Assembly: GCA_951406725.2 (NCBI GenBank)
Contig: OX597819.1
Coordinates: 94,922,001 to 94,986,000 of the forward strand
Source of the DNA: Octopus vulgaris
Taxonomy: Eukaryota
Direction: 5' to 3'
Length of the DNA stretch: 64,000 bases
Part shown: positions 30,634 to 44,566 of the stretch, one piece after another
Numbering within the stretch: position 1 is the first letter of the stretch
How the letters are laid out: each line of letters begins with the position of its first letter
The notes under the pieces: model-generated
Databases searched by the model: none
What the model saw: only the letters and a program-made list of their open reading frames with translations
Told to the model about the DNA's origin: nothing
Translations under genes and position numbers: made by a program

Positions 30634-31473
30634 CTGAAGTAGTTGTAAAAGAAAGAGAGGAATAATAAAGGTTGCAAATGCTTGGTTGATTTTCAAACAT
30701 TTACCTTTTATTTAACATATTTAAAAGATTTGGGATCTGATGACTCTATAACAAACAAACATTACTCCTAATATAACAGTAATAAAAATACACTTAAAGC
30801 AGTGTACAAACCACTACACACACTAAAAATCCTACAAACAAGAAATGATTGTCTACTTGATAAGCAAGAATTTGTTCATGAATACCATATAGAGCAGTGC
30901 ATTAAATACAGATGTGTGTTCTCTTGTGTCAGGTCTTTGATATTGCAAGGCAAGTATTCTGGTCAACTGAACTTGTTGCTTTGATATAACCTGCAGATTA
31001 GCCTAAATATAAGAATGGAGTGTTGAGAAAGGAAGAGAGGAGTCATCATCATCATTGTTTAACATCTGTCTTCCATGCTGGCATGGAAAAGAAATGTGAA
31101 GGTGAGTATTGAGAGAGCTATTGAGAAAGATAGAGGTAGTAAAAAGAGATTTCAGAAGTGGTGGGGCACATGGAGACAGGAGTAATTAGGAGGCGGGCAC
31201 AGAAAAATAAACCAAGATAATAGAGACATGGGAGATGGAGTATGTTTAACATAGAAAAAGGAATGAGTGAGAGAGAGGGAGGAGAGAGGGAGAGGGAGAG
31301 GGGGGGGAGAGAGAGAGAGAAATTGAAACTAGAGTGATATGACTAAATGAGATTTGAATCATTTACAAACCAGCTCTATCAGTGCAGCAGGTGGTAAGGA
31401 AACAGCTTAGAGTCCTTCAAGCTAAAAAGAAAGACTTGATTCTGTGAATGGTAAAAGAAAAAAAAAAACTTAC

Positions 31474-31646
31474 TGCAAACAATAGGGGAAGAGGTAACTT
31501 GAAGTATCTGTTGCACACCATCAGATCTTGTAAAGATTGTTCTGAATATCATTCGAGCGCGAGTACTTCGCTTCTTAGTCTTAGCCACACCAATTCTTTG
31601 TTCGACATCAGCATTTCTCAACTTCAAAATTCCAACGCAATCAATA
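31474..31646 (-). CDS. NFAT5: NFAT5-like RHD exon 3
   Basis: Encodes IDCVGILKLRNADVEQRIGVAKTKKRSTRARMIFR...LQVTSSPIVC. Acceptor tttgtcag, donor A|GTAAGT, phase 2 to 1. Confidence 0.96.
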
Positions 31647-31938
31647 CTGACAAATAGTAAAGAAGATTACAATTATAATTGGAAAGACTTATTAGTGAAA
31701 AAGAAAGGAAGTGTTGTTTGAAATCAGTTGTTTTAAATATAGAAACCAAAGCCCAAGTCAGTCTCTAACATACATATCCATTTATTCATAGAAAAAGAAT
31801 AAAGCAAGAACAAAGAGATTTGAAAAAAAATGTATGTGTGTTTGTTTGTGTGTGTGTTATATATAGATTAGAAAAATGGATAGATGGAAATTGACAGAGT
31901 AGGAATAGATAGATTGTAAGACAATCTGTCAAGCATTG

Positions 31939-33060
31939 AGAGTAAAATAAAGAGAGAAATGGAAAAAAGAAAAGAGGAAGGGGGAAAAAGAGCAGAGTTC
32001 AGAAAGAAGATAAAGCTCTACAATAGCCAGGAGGAATTAGAGAGGCAATGTGATTAAATAACAAGTATATGGAAAGTAACCAAATGATAGGAAGAATGGC
32101 ATAGAGAGAGTGAGAGAGAGAGAGAGGGAGGGAGAGAGAGAGGGAGAGAGAGAGAGAGAGATTTGTGTGTGATACTTAAGATGTTGGGCAATGAAACAGT
32201 GGAGGCAGATTTGATTGATAAAAAGAAATAGAAGGCTGTGTGTGTGTGCACACGCATACATACATGCATGCATGCACACATACATTGCAAAACTAAAAAA
32301 CACTATAATTTTAATGGTGGTAATGATGGTGATGATAATAAATAATAATAATAATAATAATAGTTTCAAATTTTGGCACAAAGCCAGCAATTTTTTGGTG
32401 GGGAGGTAAGTTGATAACATTGACCCCCAGAGCTCAACTGGTACTCATTTTATTGACCCTAAAAGGATGACAGGCAGAGTTGGCCTCAGCAGAATTTGAA
32501 CTCAGAACAAAATGCTTAGCAGCATTTTGCCTGGTGCGCTGGAATCCTTCTTATTAAAAGTACAAGTTCTGAAATTTTGAGCAAGGGGGGGTAGTTAGTT
32601 GTAGTGACTCCAGTGCTTGACTGGTACTTAATTTATTGACACCAAAAGGATGAAAGGCAAAGTTAACCTCAGCTTCATTTGAACTCAAAACATGAATGAA
32701 ATGCTGCTATACATTTTGTCCGGATTCTGCCAGTTAACTGCCTTAATAATAATATTGGAGCATGAGAATAGTAAAGGTTGTGTCTATAATAATTGGTGCA
32801 TTGGAAACAGTAAGCAAATGGCTGAAGGAGATTGAAATAGAATGCCCAGTGGATCACCTACAGAAAGTGTGTCTCTTAGGGACAGCAAGGATTATCAGAA
32901 GGGTTCTAAGAGTAAAATAAAGAGAGAAATGGAAAAAAGAAAAGAGGAAGGGGGGAAAAAAAAGAGCACAGTTCAGAAAGAAGAGAAAGCTCTACAAAGC
33001 CAGGAGGAATTAGAGAGGCAATGTGATTAAATAACAAGTATATAGAAAGTAACCAAATGA
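31939..33060 (+). repeat. Direct repeat of about 150 nt (31939-32087 and 32909-33060)
   Basis: AGAGTAAAATAAAGAGAGAAATGG...GAAAGTAACCAAATGA occurs twice with few differences. Confidence 0.9.
32755..32908 (+). mobile_element. R4/Dong-like LINE fragment
   Basis: Encodes WSMRIVKVVSIIIGALETVSKWLKEIEIECPVDHLQKVCLLGTARIIRRVL after a (TAA)n run. Confidence 0.7.
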
Positions 33061-33168
33061 AAAACATGCTCTGGGTAGTTCTTCTCTTGACTGCAATTTC
33101 CTGGCAGAATTGAAGAATTGGTCCTCTTGCACCCCCTGATAATCAAATAAATAATAATGCATTCATAC

Positions 33169-33359
33169 CTGGCAATCAAGTTATTTGTAGAAGAGAGTTC
33201 AATTTCAATGGTTGTGGTACTGTCAATATCCTTCTCAATACATGGTGTTGAATTTTTGCCAGAGACTTTGCAGGCTTGATAAAATGGATGTGGCTTCACT
33301 TTACCCGTGTCAGTGCCAACAAAAACTTGAAGAATGGCAGATTGGACTGGACCGACAAG
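33169..33359 (-). CDS. NFAT5: NFAT5-like RHD exon 2
   Basis: Encodes LVGPVQSAILQVFVGTDTGKVKPHPFYQACKVSGKNSTPCIEKDIDSTTTIEIEL. Acceptor tttttcag, donor AG|GTATGA, phase 0 to 2. Confidence 0.96.
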
Positions 33360-34066
33360 CTGAAAAATTCATCAGATAGCAATAGATAAAAAGTATTAAA
33401 AAGAATAGCAAAAATAAATAATACAGAAGTACAATATCATTATTGCTGTTTGTTCTTGTGCCAATGTGGCCAACTCTGATCAGATCTACAGCATGGTGTA
33501 ACTCTTCAAAATGGCTGGGCTGGGTGCAACGCATGGATCTTGTACTGTGAATATGCTATGGCTAAGAAACAGTCTTCATCAAGGAAGACTCCTCTTAGCT
33601 ATGAGAAATTTAAAATACATTTCTCGACTAGGACAAATACCAGTAGCCACAAAGTGGATGTGAGACTTACTCACCTCCAATAACAGAGAGAAGCTGCCAT
33701 TTTGTTCACACCTGCTATTTCTGATGAGCACAGTTGTTAGATAACCATCTAGATACCTAATATCTGGTATGATTGGTAAGATTGGCTATAATGGATTTAT
33801 AATACTGTATAGTTTGATTAATATACCCACTCTGTTGATGAATATAAAAGTGGCTATTATTTCTGACTTATGGATTCTTAGACAATCATATATAGATTGA
33901 TATATAACATTAAGCACTTCTACATATAAATATATGAAGCACTGCCATATTCATGCTGCAAGCAATTGCTGTACTTTATACACACACTAGAAACTATTAT
34001 AGTTACAATGTCATCTCTAATGGCAAAGAAAGTAAGAAAGTTTAAAATCTTTAATTCACATTTTAA

Positions 34067-34286
34067 CCCTTTTGTTACCATATTTATTTTGAGATGTTCT
34101 GTGTTTCTTTCAATTACTTTAAATATAACAAAGAATTTAGTAAAATAACTTAGTTATCATTGAACTAATGTTAGGAACATAAATTGGGACTAAGGTTTGG
34201 TGGAAGATTTTAATTCAAAATTTATGAAAACAAGACATTTGTACTCAAAGCAAGAGCCGGTTTCAGCCGGGTTGGTAATGAAAGGG
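34067..34286. mobile_element. piggyBac-type MITE
   Basis: TTAA TSD on both sides; TIRs CCCTTTTGTTACCA / TGGTAATGAAAGGG. Confidence 0.85.
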
Positions 34287-34373
34287 TTAATGTATGTAGA
34301 ATACATCATGCAATGTGTTAGCAAAACTGGGGCAGAGCACAGTGATAAGTAATATAGTATTAACTATGGTTAC

Positions 34374-34611
34374 CTGAACAACTGGGTGGCCTTGCTGTGA
34401 TCGATCTTTCACTGCTCCACGGCTACCCTCAGTCATGTATCTAGCTCGGTGCTGCTCTTCTGGCTGTTCAAGAATAAGCAACTCAAAGCCATGTGATTTA
34501 GGTGGAAACTGTGTGCTCAAACTGTGTTCTTTGGACTTGCGCTGGGGTCGTGACCCTGCATTAACTTTCGGCGACGTCTCATGTTTAAGGACTGATGGTA
34601 CTGAAGAAACC
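34374..34611 (-). CDS. NFAT5: NFAT5-like RHD exon 1 (DNA-recognition loop)
   Basis: Encodes [46 protein letters not shown]. The RARY motif is NFAT5-type (NFATc has RAHY). Acceptor ttgtag, donor CAG|GTAACC. Confidence 0.96.
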
Positions 34612-34824
34612 CTACAAGATAATGGAGAGAAATAAAATACATACATATATTTATATATATATATATATACATCTTTCTATATATTTATATATATATATAT
34701 ATATATATAAACATTTATGTATACAAACAGCTAAAAGAGCACTAAATACATGAACTGAAATATGCATTTATTGGAAAATAGCCAGAGAATTAATTTCATT
34801 GCTACTAAGTGTCATACAGTTATA

Positions 34825-34925
34825 CAGGAACAGGTGTGTTATAAGCTGCAATCCTTCAGATGATATTCAGGAATTATACAACATGGCCTGAAAGATTGCA
34901 GCCACATACCTCACCTGTGTGCCTG
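34825..34925. repeat. Short hairpin, possible MITE relic
   Basis: CAGG..CAGGTG..GCTGCAATCCTTCAG pairs with CTGAAAGATTGCAGC..CACCTG..CCTG. Confidence 0.55.
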
Positions 34926-36596
34926 AGTGAAACTCCAAGTAATGATAGAGTGAATTCACTGACTGTTTTCATATACATATACAAGGAAAGAATTCCTACT
35001 ATATAATATTTCCTACTACATAATCAATAATTATTTTGATTTAATCACAATAACTGAAATTTCTAATTAAGGTAACAATTATGAAGTGTGTTAATAGATT
35101 AAAATGAATTAATTTAAAAGATAAAGTATACACACACACATATATACATTGCACAAATACACCAATCGATTTGTTTGTTCATTACCAGACACTTAGGCGT
35201 GTTTTTTTTTTAAAGAAAATATAGTTGACTAAATATGCATCAGTAAATCATTGCTATATATAATTACTGATTTCAAAATGATGAAGGACACATTCAATCT
35301 GTGCAAGATTTGAACCAAGCAAAGTTTTATCTTAACACGCTGTTCCCCTCAGGAGCCAACCTATTATGATTAATTGGTAGTTAATTTAATGTAATGACTC
35401 TTGAAGAGTAGAAAGACAAAAGTTAACATTTATAGGATTTGAACTGAAAATACAGATAGAGATAACTAAAAGATGTACAGGATATTATACAGTTTTAATC
35501 CACCAAATTTCACTCAAAAGGCTTTTTTAAACTAAGGCTATGGGAGGTGATATTTTCTGAAGGTATCCTTGGAGAAGGAGTACTAATGATTGCAAAGGAT
35601 ATCAACATCTAAATGATATTTATTTTATCTTCTCCAAAGAACAAGACAACCTTTGTAGGATTTGAACTCAGGACAATGGGGGTATAGCCAAGTTGTCCAT
35701 CATCAGCAATATTTTGTAACCCGGATGGAAATCATAATAATGAAATCTGACATAGACATTGTTATTAATCTTATGACTTTTGACCCTAAAAGGGTCATAA
35801 TATTTGTCAAGGTGATACTGAACTAATAAAAAATAAAAAAATAAAATAATCTTTGAAAGCTGAAATCTAAAACAATTACTACACGCTCTCAGAAAAAAAA
35901 TTCTCAGACTAAATTTAAGAGTAAATTGTGCCACTAAAAGTCACTACTTCCCATTTGTCAGTCTGAAAAGAAGTGATAACAATCATATTCTTAAAAGGGA
36001 AAATAGAACCATAACCCTTAAAAGAGGGATGGAGAGTTAGAAAACCTGGGTGAGGTTACTGTTGCTGGTGTCTAACTTGAGATGAGAAATACTCTTTGAA
36101 ACTAATCTTGATTTTAGTGTTTCATGATAAAGAGTTCAGTCATCTGAACAGACTAAGAAGAGAATGGGACTAATGAACAATATCATCTAAAATCTTCCAT
36201 CCATTATTACACTGTTGAGGAGATTGGTATTTAGAATTATAATCATATTGAAGATAGTATAGACAGAAAGTTGGGCAATGACCAAAAGAATGCAATTCCA
36301 AATACAAGCAGCCAAAATGGGGTTCTTCTGAAAGATCTCAGGAGTAATGTTACTCAACAAGATGCATAACTTAGAGATAAGGTAGTCCCTCTAGGTCAAG
36401 CTGTTACTTCTCAGCATTAAGAGATCTCAGCTTCAATACTATGGACTCAGGAAAGAATAGCAAGACAGATTTTTTAAGCCAGACCAGTAAGTACCAGTTA
36501 GGCACTGAGGTCTTTGAAACTGGCTAGCCTCGTCCCTTAAATTTCAGGTCTTGTGCTCATAGTAGAAAGAATTATTATTATTATTATTATTATTAT

Positions 36597-37003
36597 TTTT
36601 TTTTTCTTCTTTCAAATTTGCTTCCATTTCTTGCCGAGCGTCTTCCCGACTCCTAGGGCAAAGAAACTCATAGTATACATTGGTAGGCCATTAAACCAAA
36701 CTCAATAGTTCGTTCATTTTTTTTTTTTTTAAAGGTTAAATTAAAATACATGGGCAGTAACAGCTCTCACAGCGACAATGCTCTTCTCAATACGTGTGAT
36801 GTACCAGTTAAGACAATCTTTTGCACTTCTTGCAGGGATGGTAAGCCAGGGATCATTCTCATATAATTTTCGGTTCCCTTCTTGATCATTCCTAGTGCTC
36901 CTACGATCACTGGTATTGTGACCGCCTTGAGATGCCACATTTTCTCAATTTCAATGAGCAGGTCTTTATATTTTCTGAGCTTGTCAAACTCTTTCGCCGA
37001 GAT
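36597..37003 (-). mobile_element. R4/Dong-like RLE LINE 3' end in a (TAA)n tract
   Basis: Intact frame ISAKEFDKLRKYKDLLIEIEKMWHLKAVTIPVIVGALGMIKKG...VQKIVLTGTSHVLRRALSL*, with (ATT)n on both sides. Confidence 0.85.
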
Positions 37004-37216
37004 TATTATTATTATTATTATTATTAAGGTGGTGAGCTGGCAGAATTGTTAGCACACCAGGCAAAATGCTTAGGGGTTTTTGTCCATCTTTATGTTCTGA
37101 GTTCAAATCCCACCCAAGTCGACTTTGTCTTTCATCCTTTCGGGACTGATGAAATGAGTACCAGTTGACTTAGTCCCTCCCCACAAACTTCAGGCCTTGT
37201 GCCTATAGTAGAAAGG

Positions 37217-37260
<44 letters not shown>

Positions 37261-37949
37261 GGTGGCAAGCTAGTAGAATTGTTAGCACAACAGACAAGAT
37301 GTTTAGCAGTATATCTTTCGGTTCTTTCCATTTTGAGTTCAAATGCCACTGAGGTTTACTTTGCCTTTCATCCTTTTGGGGTTGATAAAAAAAGTAGCAG
37401 TTGAGTACTGGGGTCTATGAAATTGACAAATCCTAACAATGCTAGCCTAGTACCAAAATTCAAATGTGGCAAGCTAGCAAAACCATTAGTGTGTTGGACA
37501 AAATGCTTAGCAGCAGGCATTTCTTCTGGATCTTTTACATTCTTAGTTCAAATCCTGTCAAAACCAACTTTGCCTTTCATCTTTTCACACTCAATAAAAT
37601 AAGAGAACATTTAAGTAGTGAGGTTGATGTAATTGGCTAATCCCATAATCTTCAAATTTGAAACCATTATTATCATTATTATTATTATTATTACTGAGCT
37701 GGCAAAATTGTTAGCAAGGCGGCGAACTGGCAGAACTGATAGCATGCTGGGTAAATGCTTAGCAGCTTTTCATCTGTCTTTACGATCCCAATTAAAATTC
37801 TGCTGAGGTCAACTTTGCCTTTCGCCCTTTCTGGGTTGATAAATTAAGTAGAAGTGGAACATTGGGGTTGATGTAATTGACTGCTTCCTCCCCCAAATTT
37901 CAGACCTTGTCCCTATCATAGAAAGGATTATTATTATTATTATTATTAT

Positions 37950-38165
37950 TTTTAACTCGGGTTTTGCTGGAATTCCTGGAGTCTTGCATGTATAGCGGGC
38001 TTGCTGCCTGCAGCCTAAGGTACCTTCCTATCTGTTCTTTTCAACTACCTAATACTTTCCTGATTATTCTGGCTGTGCCAAGGAGGCAAACCTTTTGTAA
38101 CAATTTTACTGGGCACTCTATTCTGGTCTTCTTTATAGTCCTTGATGCCTTCTGATATTGTCCCC

Positions 38166-38170
<5 letters not shown>
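37950..38170 (-). mobile_element. R4/Dong-like LINE 3' end, second family
   Basis: Encodes LGTIS...IECPVKLLQKVCLLGTARIIRKVLG*, flanked by (ATT)n. Same family as 60720-61140. Confidence 0.75.
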
Positions 38171-38199
<29 letters not shown>

Positions 38200-38211
38200 A
38201 TAATAATAATT

Positions 38212-38252
<41 letters not shown>

Positions 38253-40705
38253 TATTAAGGTAGTAAGCTGATTAAATCATAAGTGTATCAGAGAAAATGC
38301 TTTTACATCCTTTCAGGGTCAATAAAATTAAGTACTAGTCAAGTACAAGGGGTGATGGAATTAACTACCTACTCTCAAATTGCTGGCCTTGTGCAACAAT
38401 TTGAAACCATTACTACTACCACCATCACCACCCTGCCCCCACTACCACCCCTACCACCACAACAACTACTACTACCTCAAGACAAGTTCACAGGATAAAG
38501 TATGAACATCAACAATATATATATTTATAAATTTATCATTGGTTGGTGGGTTGGCAGAAAATGCCTTTCAGTATTTAGTTACAGCTCTTTATGGTCTGAG
38601 TTCAAATCTCTTTGAGGTTGACTGTGCCTTTCATCACTCACTAAAATAAGTACCAGTCAAGTACTGAGGTAGAATAAAATTGACTGTTCCTTCATCCCAA
38701 AATTTCTAGCTTTGTGCCTTGGTAAGAAATCATTATTATTATTAATCTTGATTTAACAATTCAATGAATATATTCCTAAGACAATGCCATATTCCCATAG
38801 AATGTCTCTCTCTCTCTCTCCTCCTGTAATCAAATATTAAGCTGTAAATGATGATAAAGTTAGTAAGATTTTCAGGGTAATACAGAGAATAGAGGTAAAA
38901 AAAAACATTAACAAGAATATAAAATAGAGATTAATAAAAAATAAAAATAATAGTCTTTTCTTTTATTAATAATCTTTAATTACAAGAGAAATAATAATTC
39001 TTCAATAGAGTTAAATATTTTTCTAAATTATAAATCAGTGTGTGTGCATGCATTGATATAAGCATGTACATGAATAGATGGCTCTCTGCACTCTTTCTGT
39101 TTTTTTCTTCTGTATTCTGTCCCATTTTAGTTTACACATGCTTATTTATTATTTATTATGTAAATGTTTCCTTCTTAGAAAACAAAATCTTAACTTGTTA
39201 ACAAATTAATTAGTCGGCATACAATAAAAACATTAGTTCTACAGTTAATTAACTGAACAACATGGAAGAGGATGCATCTTCACTCTGATGCAGTTATATA
39301 GGGAACAATCATAAAGCCTGGTTAGCTAGGTGGCATCCACACATTGCTAGCCCAAGGCTAGAACAGGATAAGTATAAAGTGTTTCTGACTGCAATCTGGT
39401 ACTCATTGTTGGGAGATAAGTGAACTAATATAATGGAAAAATAAAGGATTCTGCTCAGTAACACATCAGCAGTGACTCAAACTCATGTACCAGGAGCAAA
39501 TAGTCTAATACTGTAGCCTCTTGCCTGTCTTTTCAATACATTAATATATAAAGTTTCTAAAGCATACTGAAACTTCACAAAATAATTACATAGCCTGATC
39601 ATACAGTGCTTTGGTTTTAACCAATTTCTGCTTGACTCCATTTATTTTATTCTTCAGTACTACTGTTTGCTTACATACATATTTATTATATATTTCAATA
39701 TATATATATTATATTGGGGGAAAAGAATCTGACATTCCCTGGTAGCATCAATGCTGCTCAGCACAACTGGCAAGAAAGATAGTGTCATCTCCATCTGACA
39801 GCTAATGAAAAGAATGTTCTGCAGTGTAAACCTCAGTGTGTGCATATGTATGTGTGCGTGTATGTATATATATATATATATATATATCCCAACTCATAAA
39901 CAAATAAATTTTTTGAAAAGTATATAAATAAAAGATAAGTAAAAAAAGACATATATAGAACAGAAAAATTCTTTGAAGTTGGTAATATTTCCTAAATGAA
40001 GAATTTGTGGCTCTAGATCATATTATCAATAATATAAGTTGCATGTGGTATGCTTGTGAGTAATGCAAAATTGTCACCAATAATTATCACTTATATGAAT
40101 TTCCTTTTTAATAATTAGATAATTCAAATTCAATAAGCATTGATTTTCCAAGCATTTGTGAGGTCTTCTTCAAGCCTGGTGTGAGAATAATTTAATTAAA
40201 ATAACTACCGGAATTATATAATTACATTGATGTTGGAATCAAAGACATAAAAGCTGTTTACTGTTGGAAGATTAATAACTGATAAGCATAAAAGAAAGCA
40301 ACAAAAAGGCACTGTTTGCTCTACTCAGTGCAAATGTATGCATGGAGTGCATATATATATGTATACATTCATAACAGCTCCTTATAATTGTACTGAAAGA
40401 TCTGGCTCATGTGAAACATGATATAGTCTAGAAACACAACTGCAAATGTATATATGGTGTGTATGCACCAAGAAAAGCTTGTCTTTTTGAAATATTTTTG
40501 TATGGAAATCAAACTTGATGATTTCACCACTCAGTACTAACCATAAAAATTAACTTAACTTTTGACTGTGCTTACTTGAAAATTCTTAGAAACCATCAAA
40601 TCTAACATGGTTATAGAACATTACAAATATATATATATTAAAATATATTGTATCATATTATATTTTATGTAGTCTTTGGTTGTAGCTGGTCTGGTCTCTG
40701 GCCAG

Positions 40706-40768
40706 CAGGTCTGATAAGTCGCCTATATTGCTAAGAGCAAAAATAGACATGAAACCAACGGTAACTTT
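40706..40768 (+). ncRNA. Degenerate hammerhead ribozyme (G8 to A)
   Basis: AGGT-CTGATAA-stem II (CTAT..TTGCT/AGCAA..ATAG)-GAAA-CC AAC GG-TA-ACTT. Confidence 0.5.
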
Positions 40769-43700
40769 CTGACCGGCTATAACCAATTACTACATTAAAT
40801 ATTACTGCTCAAAAATACTTTTTTGAGTGTACCTTTTCACGAACTTATGAACAACTGACCAATTATATATATACATAAATAAATATGTATGTATGCAAAT
40901 ATTTTGAATAATATAATAACAACAACAATAATAATGATGATAGTGGTGAAAATATTAATAAGATATTTTTTAAAAATTAGTTTTATCACTGTTTGGTATT
41001 TTGTCATCTTTTTCTTGTTTCTTGGTAATTCCATTAGAGTCTATCTAACTGCTGTGGATTGGATACACAGAAGGTTATTATTAAAAAGTTTCCAAAGAAA
41101 GATTGTGTAAACATTCTTTTATTCCTTAATAGATACAACATGGAATTAATTGATAACAAACAACGTAAATAGAGGAAGAAAGGTCTTATGCTGGTAAAGA
41201 CCTTTAAAATCATTATCTTCTCAGATGAATTCTCAAATGATGTCAACTATTCATTACAACGCTTGAAATCTTAATTTTATTATCTGGGCTATTCACAAAA
41301 GTTGTTAAAATTTATATCATTGCCTGTTAAAACCACAGCTTACATCTTTATGAAGGATGGCAAAATAACTCATTGATAAATTGTATATTTTGCATGCAGC
41401 AAGCATGAATCCTTGAATCAGGGAAATCAGAACAACAGCAAAATGGTTGCAAAAAGGAAGAAGAGTTTCTCATGACAAGAGAATACTAGTGCATTGAATT
41501 AGTTATATTACTTTCAGAGGGCTACATTTGAATGAAATCAAATAATTGATGTAAGGGTAATGTCCCTGTTTGATTTTCTGTTTCTGAAGTAGAAATTCAA
41601 AACAACCAGCAGAAGTGTGATGAACTTCAGAAAAAAATAGTCTTAACAATAAAATATAATTGTCAAATATTTTTTTTAATCAAGGCTTTTCATATTAAAT
41701 CACTATATAAATAGATTATTCAGTTTAACAAAATAGTTTTATCACAAGAGATATAATCTTGTAGTTTATCATTGTACTGCTACAAATTCAAGTTTTTGTT
41801 AAGTAAAGATTAATGACTGATGAGTTCAGATTTGGATGACTGAGAGAGATAGTTGAATTAAGGAATTAAACTCCATAGACAAGTTTAAGATCTTCCAAAC
41901 TCAAGTATGGTTTTCTCTGCTAAAAAATATTTCAATTGACTAACTGCACCATCCATGTGTCACCCAGCATTGATATGAAGAGTCAAGTTCAATATTTAAA
42001 TAGATAATATCTGATGTTGTTCTTAAAAGAGCCCATTGTAACAAGCCAAGTGTAGGTAAGGTAGAAATACAAACCAGCTTATAGTTCCCATGTAGATAAG
42101 ATGTATTGGTTGCCAAGTAATAACAAACATACAGGCCATAGAGCTGGCACTAGTGAACAGATAGATGTGCTACAGATTGCTACTGTTATAACTGTTGATA
42201 TTAACACAGCCAAGCAAGTCATTACAACTATGTTAAAACTTTAGGTAGGGTATCTAACCATAAAATACTGCAGAGCACATTGACTAAACCTCAAAGCTAC
42301 AGGACATGTGTATGTGTGGGCATGAGTGCGTGTGTCTAGGGTATATATATGTACACATATATACATACATACATATATATGTATACACACACATACACAA
42401 TGAATAAACAAGCAGTACTACATGTGTTGAGTTCTTTTTCTGAAGTTTGTACAACAAAGTTTATCCATCTATCTCTCAATTTATCTCTGTGTGTGTGCAT
42501 GTATGTATGCATATGCATGTGTGTGTGAGTGTGTGTGTGTGTGTGTGTGTTTTACACAAACTAAGAAATTTGGAGTAGCAATACAGTCACTCATCAGCTT
42601 TGAATGAAGAATATCTATTATATATTCTTTTATTCATTTCCCCTATTTCTACATGCATTCACACATAAACACATAATCATCAATGTTTCATTGTTTTAAT
42701 CTCTACTTTTCCAAGCAAAGTAATATTTTCCCATTTCTGGGCATGCTTTCATGGAAGATTGGAAATTAATTTTACCACTTGCATGACAGCGACACTTGCT
42801 TACAAATATGATGCAATGCCAAGACTAGTGGGGTGGGGCATAAACACACAACTCCATATACATACATACACACACATATAAAGAATGGGTTTTCTTCAGT
42901 TTCCATCTATGAAAGCCATGAGGCTTGATCAACCTGGAACTAGGCTGAAAGATACTTGTCTAAAGTGCTGTGTGCAATGGCAGTGAGCCCATAATTGTGC
43001 CAATGAGAAGCAAAACTTCTTAATTACACAATCATGCCTGCACAATACATGTACTGAATGAATAAATAAACTCTACAGTCAAATATTTAATTACTTGTTG
43101 CACTTCAATTTGCCATGATGAGTTCATTAAGAGTTAAACTGAAGTCTAACGGCTGCAATGACATTTACTTTATCAATATAATCATCTTGCTTTCTAGTTA
43201 TAGAGTTCTCTATCAACTCTGAGTGATATTACCTTAAACAATAAACTAAGAACCCTTGTCATTTTACTATTTTTTTCTGCCTGCAGGGATTGGAAGGAGC
43301 TTATTGAGGTAGGTTTTCTACAGTTGGATGCCCTTCCTGCTGCAAACCCTTACTTGTTTTCAAATAAGGTAATATTTCCTCATGGCCAGTTATGTTTCAA
43401 CAGAACAATGAAAATAAACAGTGTTCATTCACAAAAATAATGTCATGTCAAGACAAAGAGACAAAAATATACGCACACTCACACATGCATCAATCTACAC
43501 GTACATATTTATAAACAAACATACATATACACACACATATATTAACCATCTTCGCGTTTTTAACATGTTTTTTTTTTAATTTTTCACATTGTCTAGCGTC
43601 CTTGTTTTTTAAAGATATATTACGTATAAACAGAGCCTGAAAGATTGCTTGGAGATACATGGCATATAATTATGCTTAGTATCATAACAACATGAACTAT

Positions 43701-44194
43701 TATCAGCTCTTTCAGTTGTGTATCAAATTGATATACATAAGTGTGTATGTGTGTGTGTCCTTACAGATATGCTCCATTTACGTGTAATGAAAAATTTAAT
43801 GGAACTGAAGGATTAACTATTTACTAGATGTAAATAAAGCAATCTTATTTATGACAATCACTTCTTTAATCCAATTTTTTTTTTGTTGTGCTAATGGAAA
43901 CAAGGCCTTATAACATTGTTTGTTGGTGCTGGCATTGCTGCTACTATTACTACTGCTGCTGCTGCTTGAGTTAAGATAGTTGTTTCTTAAATATTTATTA
44001 GGTATTTATTGATCCATTTTTAAAAAAAAATCCTATAATCTAAATTTGGGAAACAAGAGGGAGGGAAGAAAGAAGATGAATATTCATGCTTGAGCTTGTG
44101 CGTGTATGTAAATATGTGTGTCAATATACATATATATATATATAAGAATATAGAAATATAGATACATATATATTTATATGTATACATGTGTATT

Positions 44195-44227
<33 letters not shown>

Positions 44228-44566
44228 CAAGAGAAGGAGAGAGAGAGAGAGAGAAATAAAAGGAGGAAGTGAGGAAGAGGGAGTAAGAGAGAGTGTGAAT
44301 GAATGAGTGAAAGATTGTTACAAGTTGGATTAAGAGATTGTGGAACATGACAGTTTAGAAGAGGAAGATCATTGATATTTTAATCTACTTACTGAAAAAC
44401 CACTCCTTTGCTTCATAGTGACATTAAAATAAAACTATTCTGGTATACATATATACACTGAAAGCTTGGACTTGGTGATAATATCAACAGTTTTTCATTA
44501 CTAAATTTGAAAATAGGATGATGATGATGATAATAATAATAATAAATTACCTCTAGTGATACTTAC

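Larger units (their letters stand above)
36480..38745 (+). mobile_element. Head-to-tail cluster of about 7 copies or fragments of the same SINE family
   Basis: Repeated AAGGTGG..AGCT..CAGAA heads and GCCTTTCATCC cores, mostly separated by (ATT)n tails. Confidence 0.8.

Noticed and set aside
36480-38745. Regularly spaced repeats suggesting a CRISPR-like array
   Set aside because: The units are diverged SINE copies of about 200 nt with microsatellite tails in eukaryotic DNA, with no constant short repeat and no cas genes.
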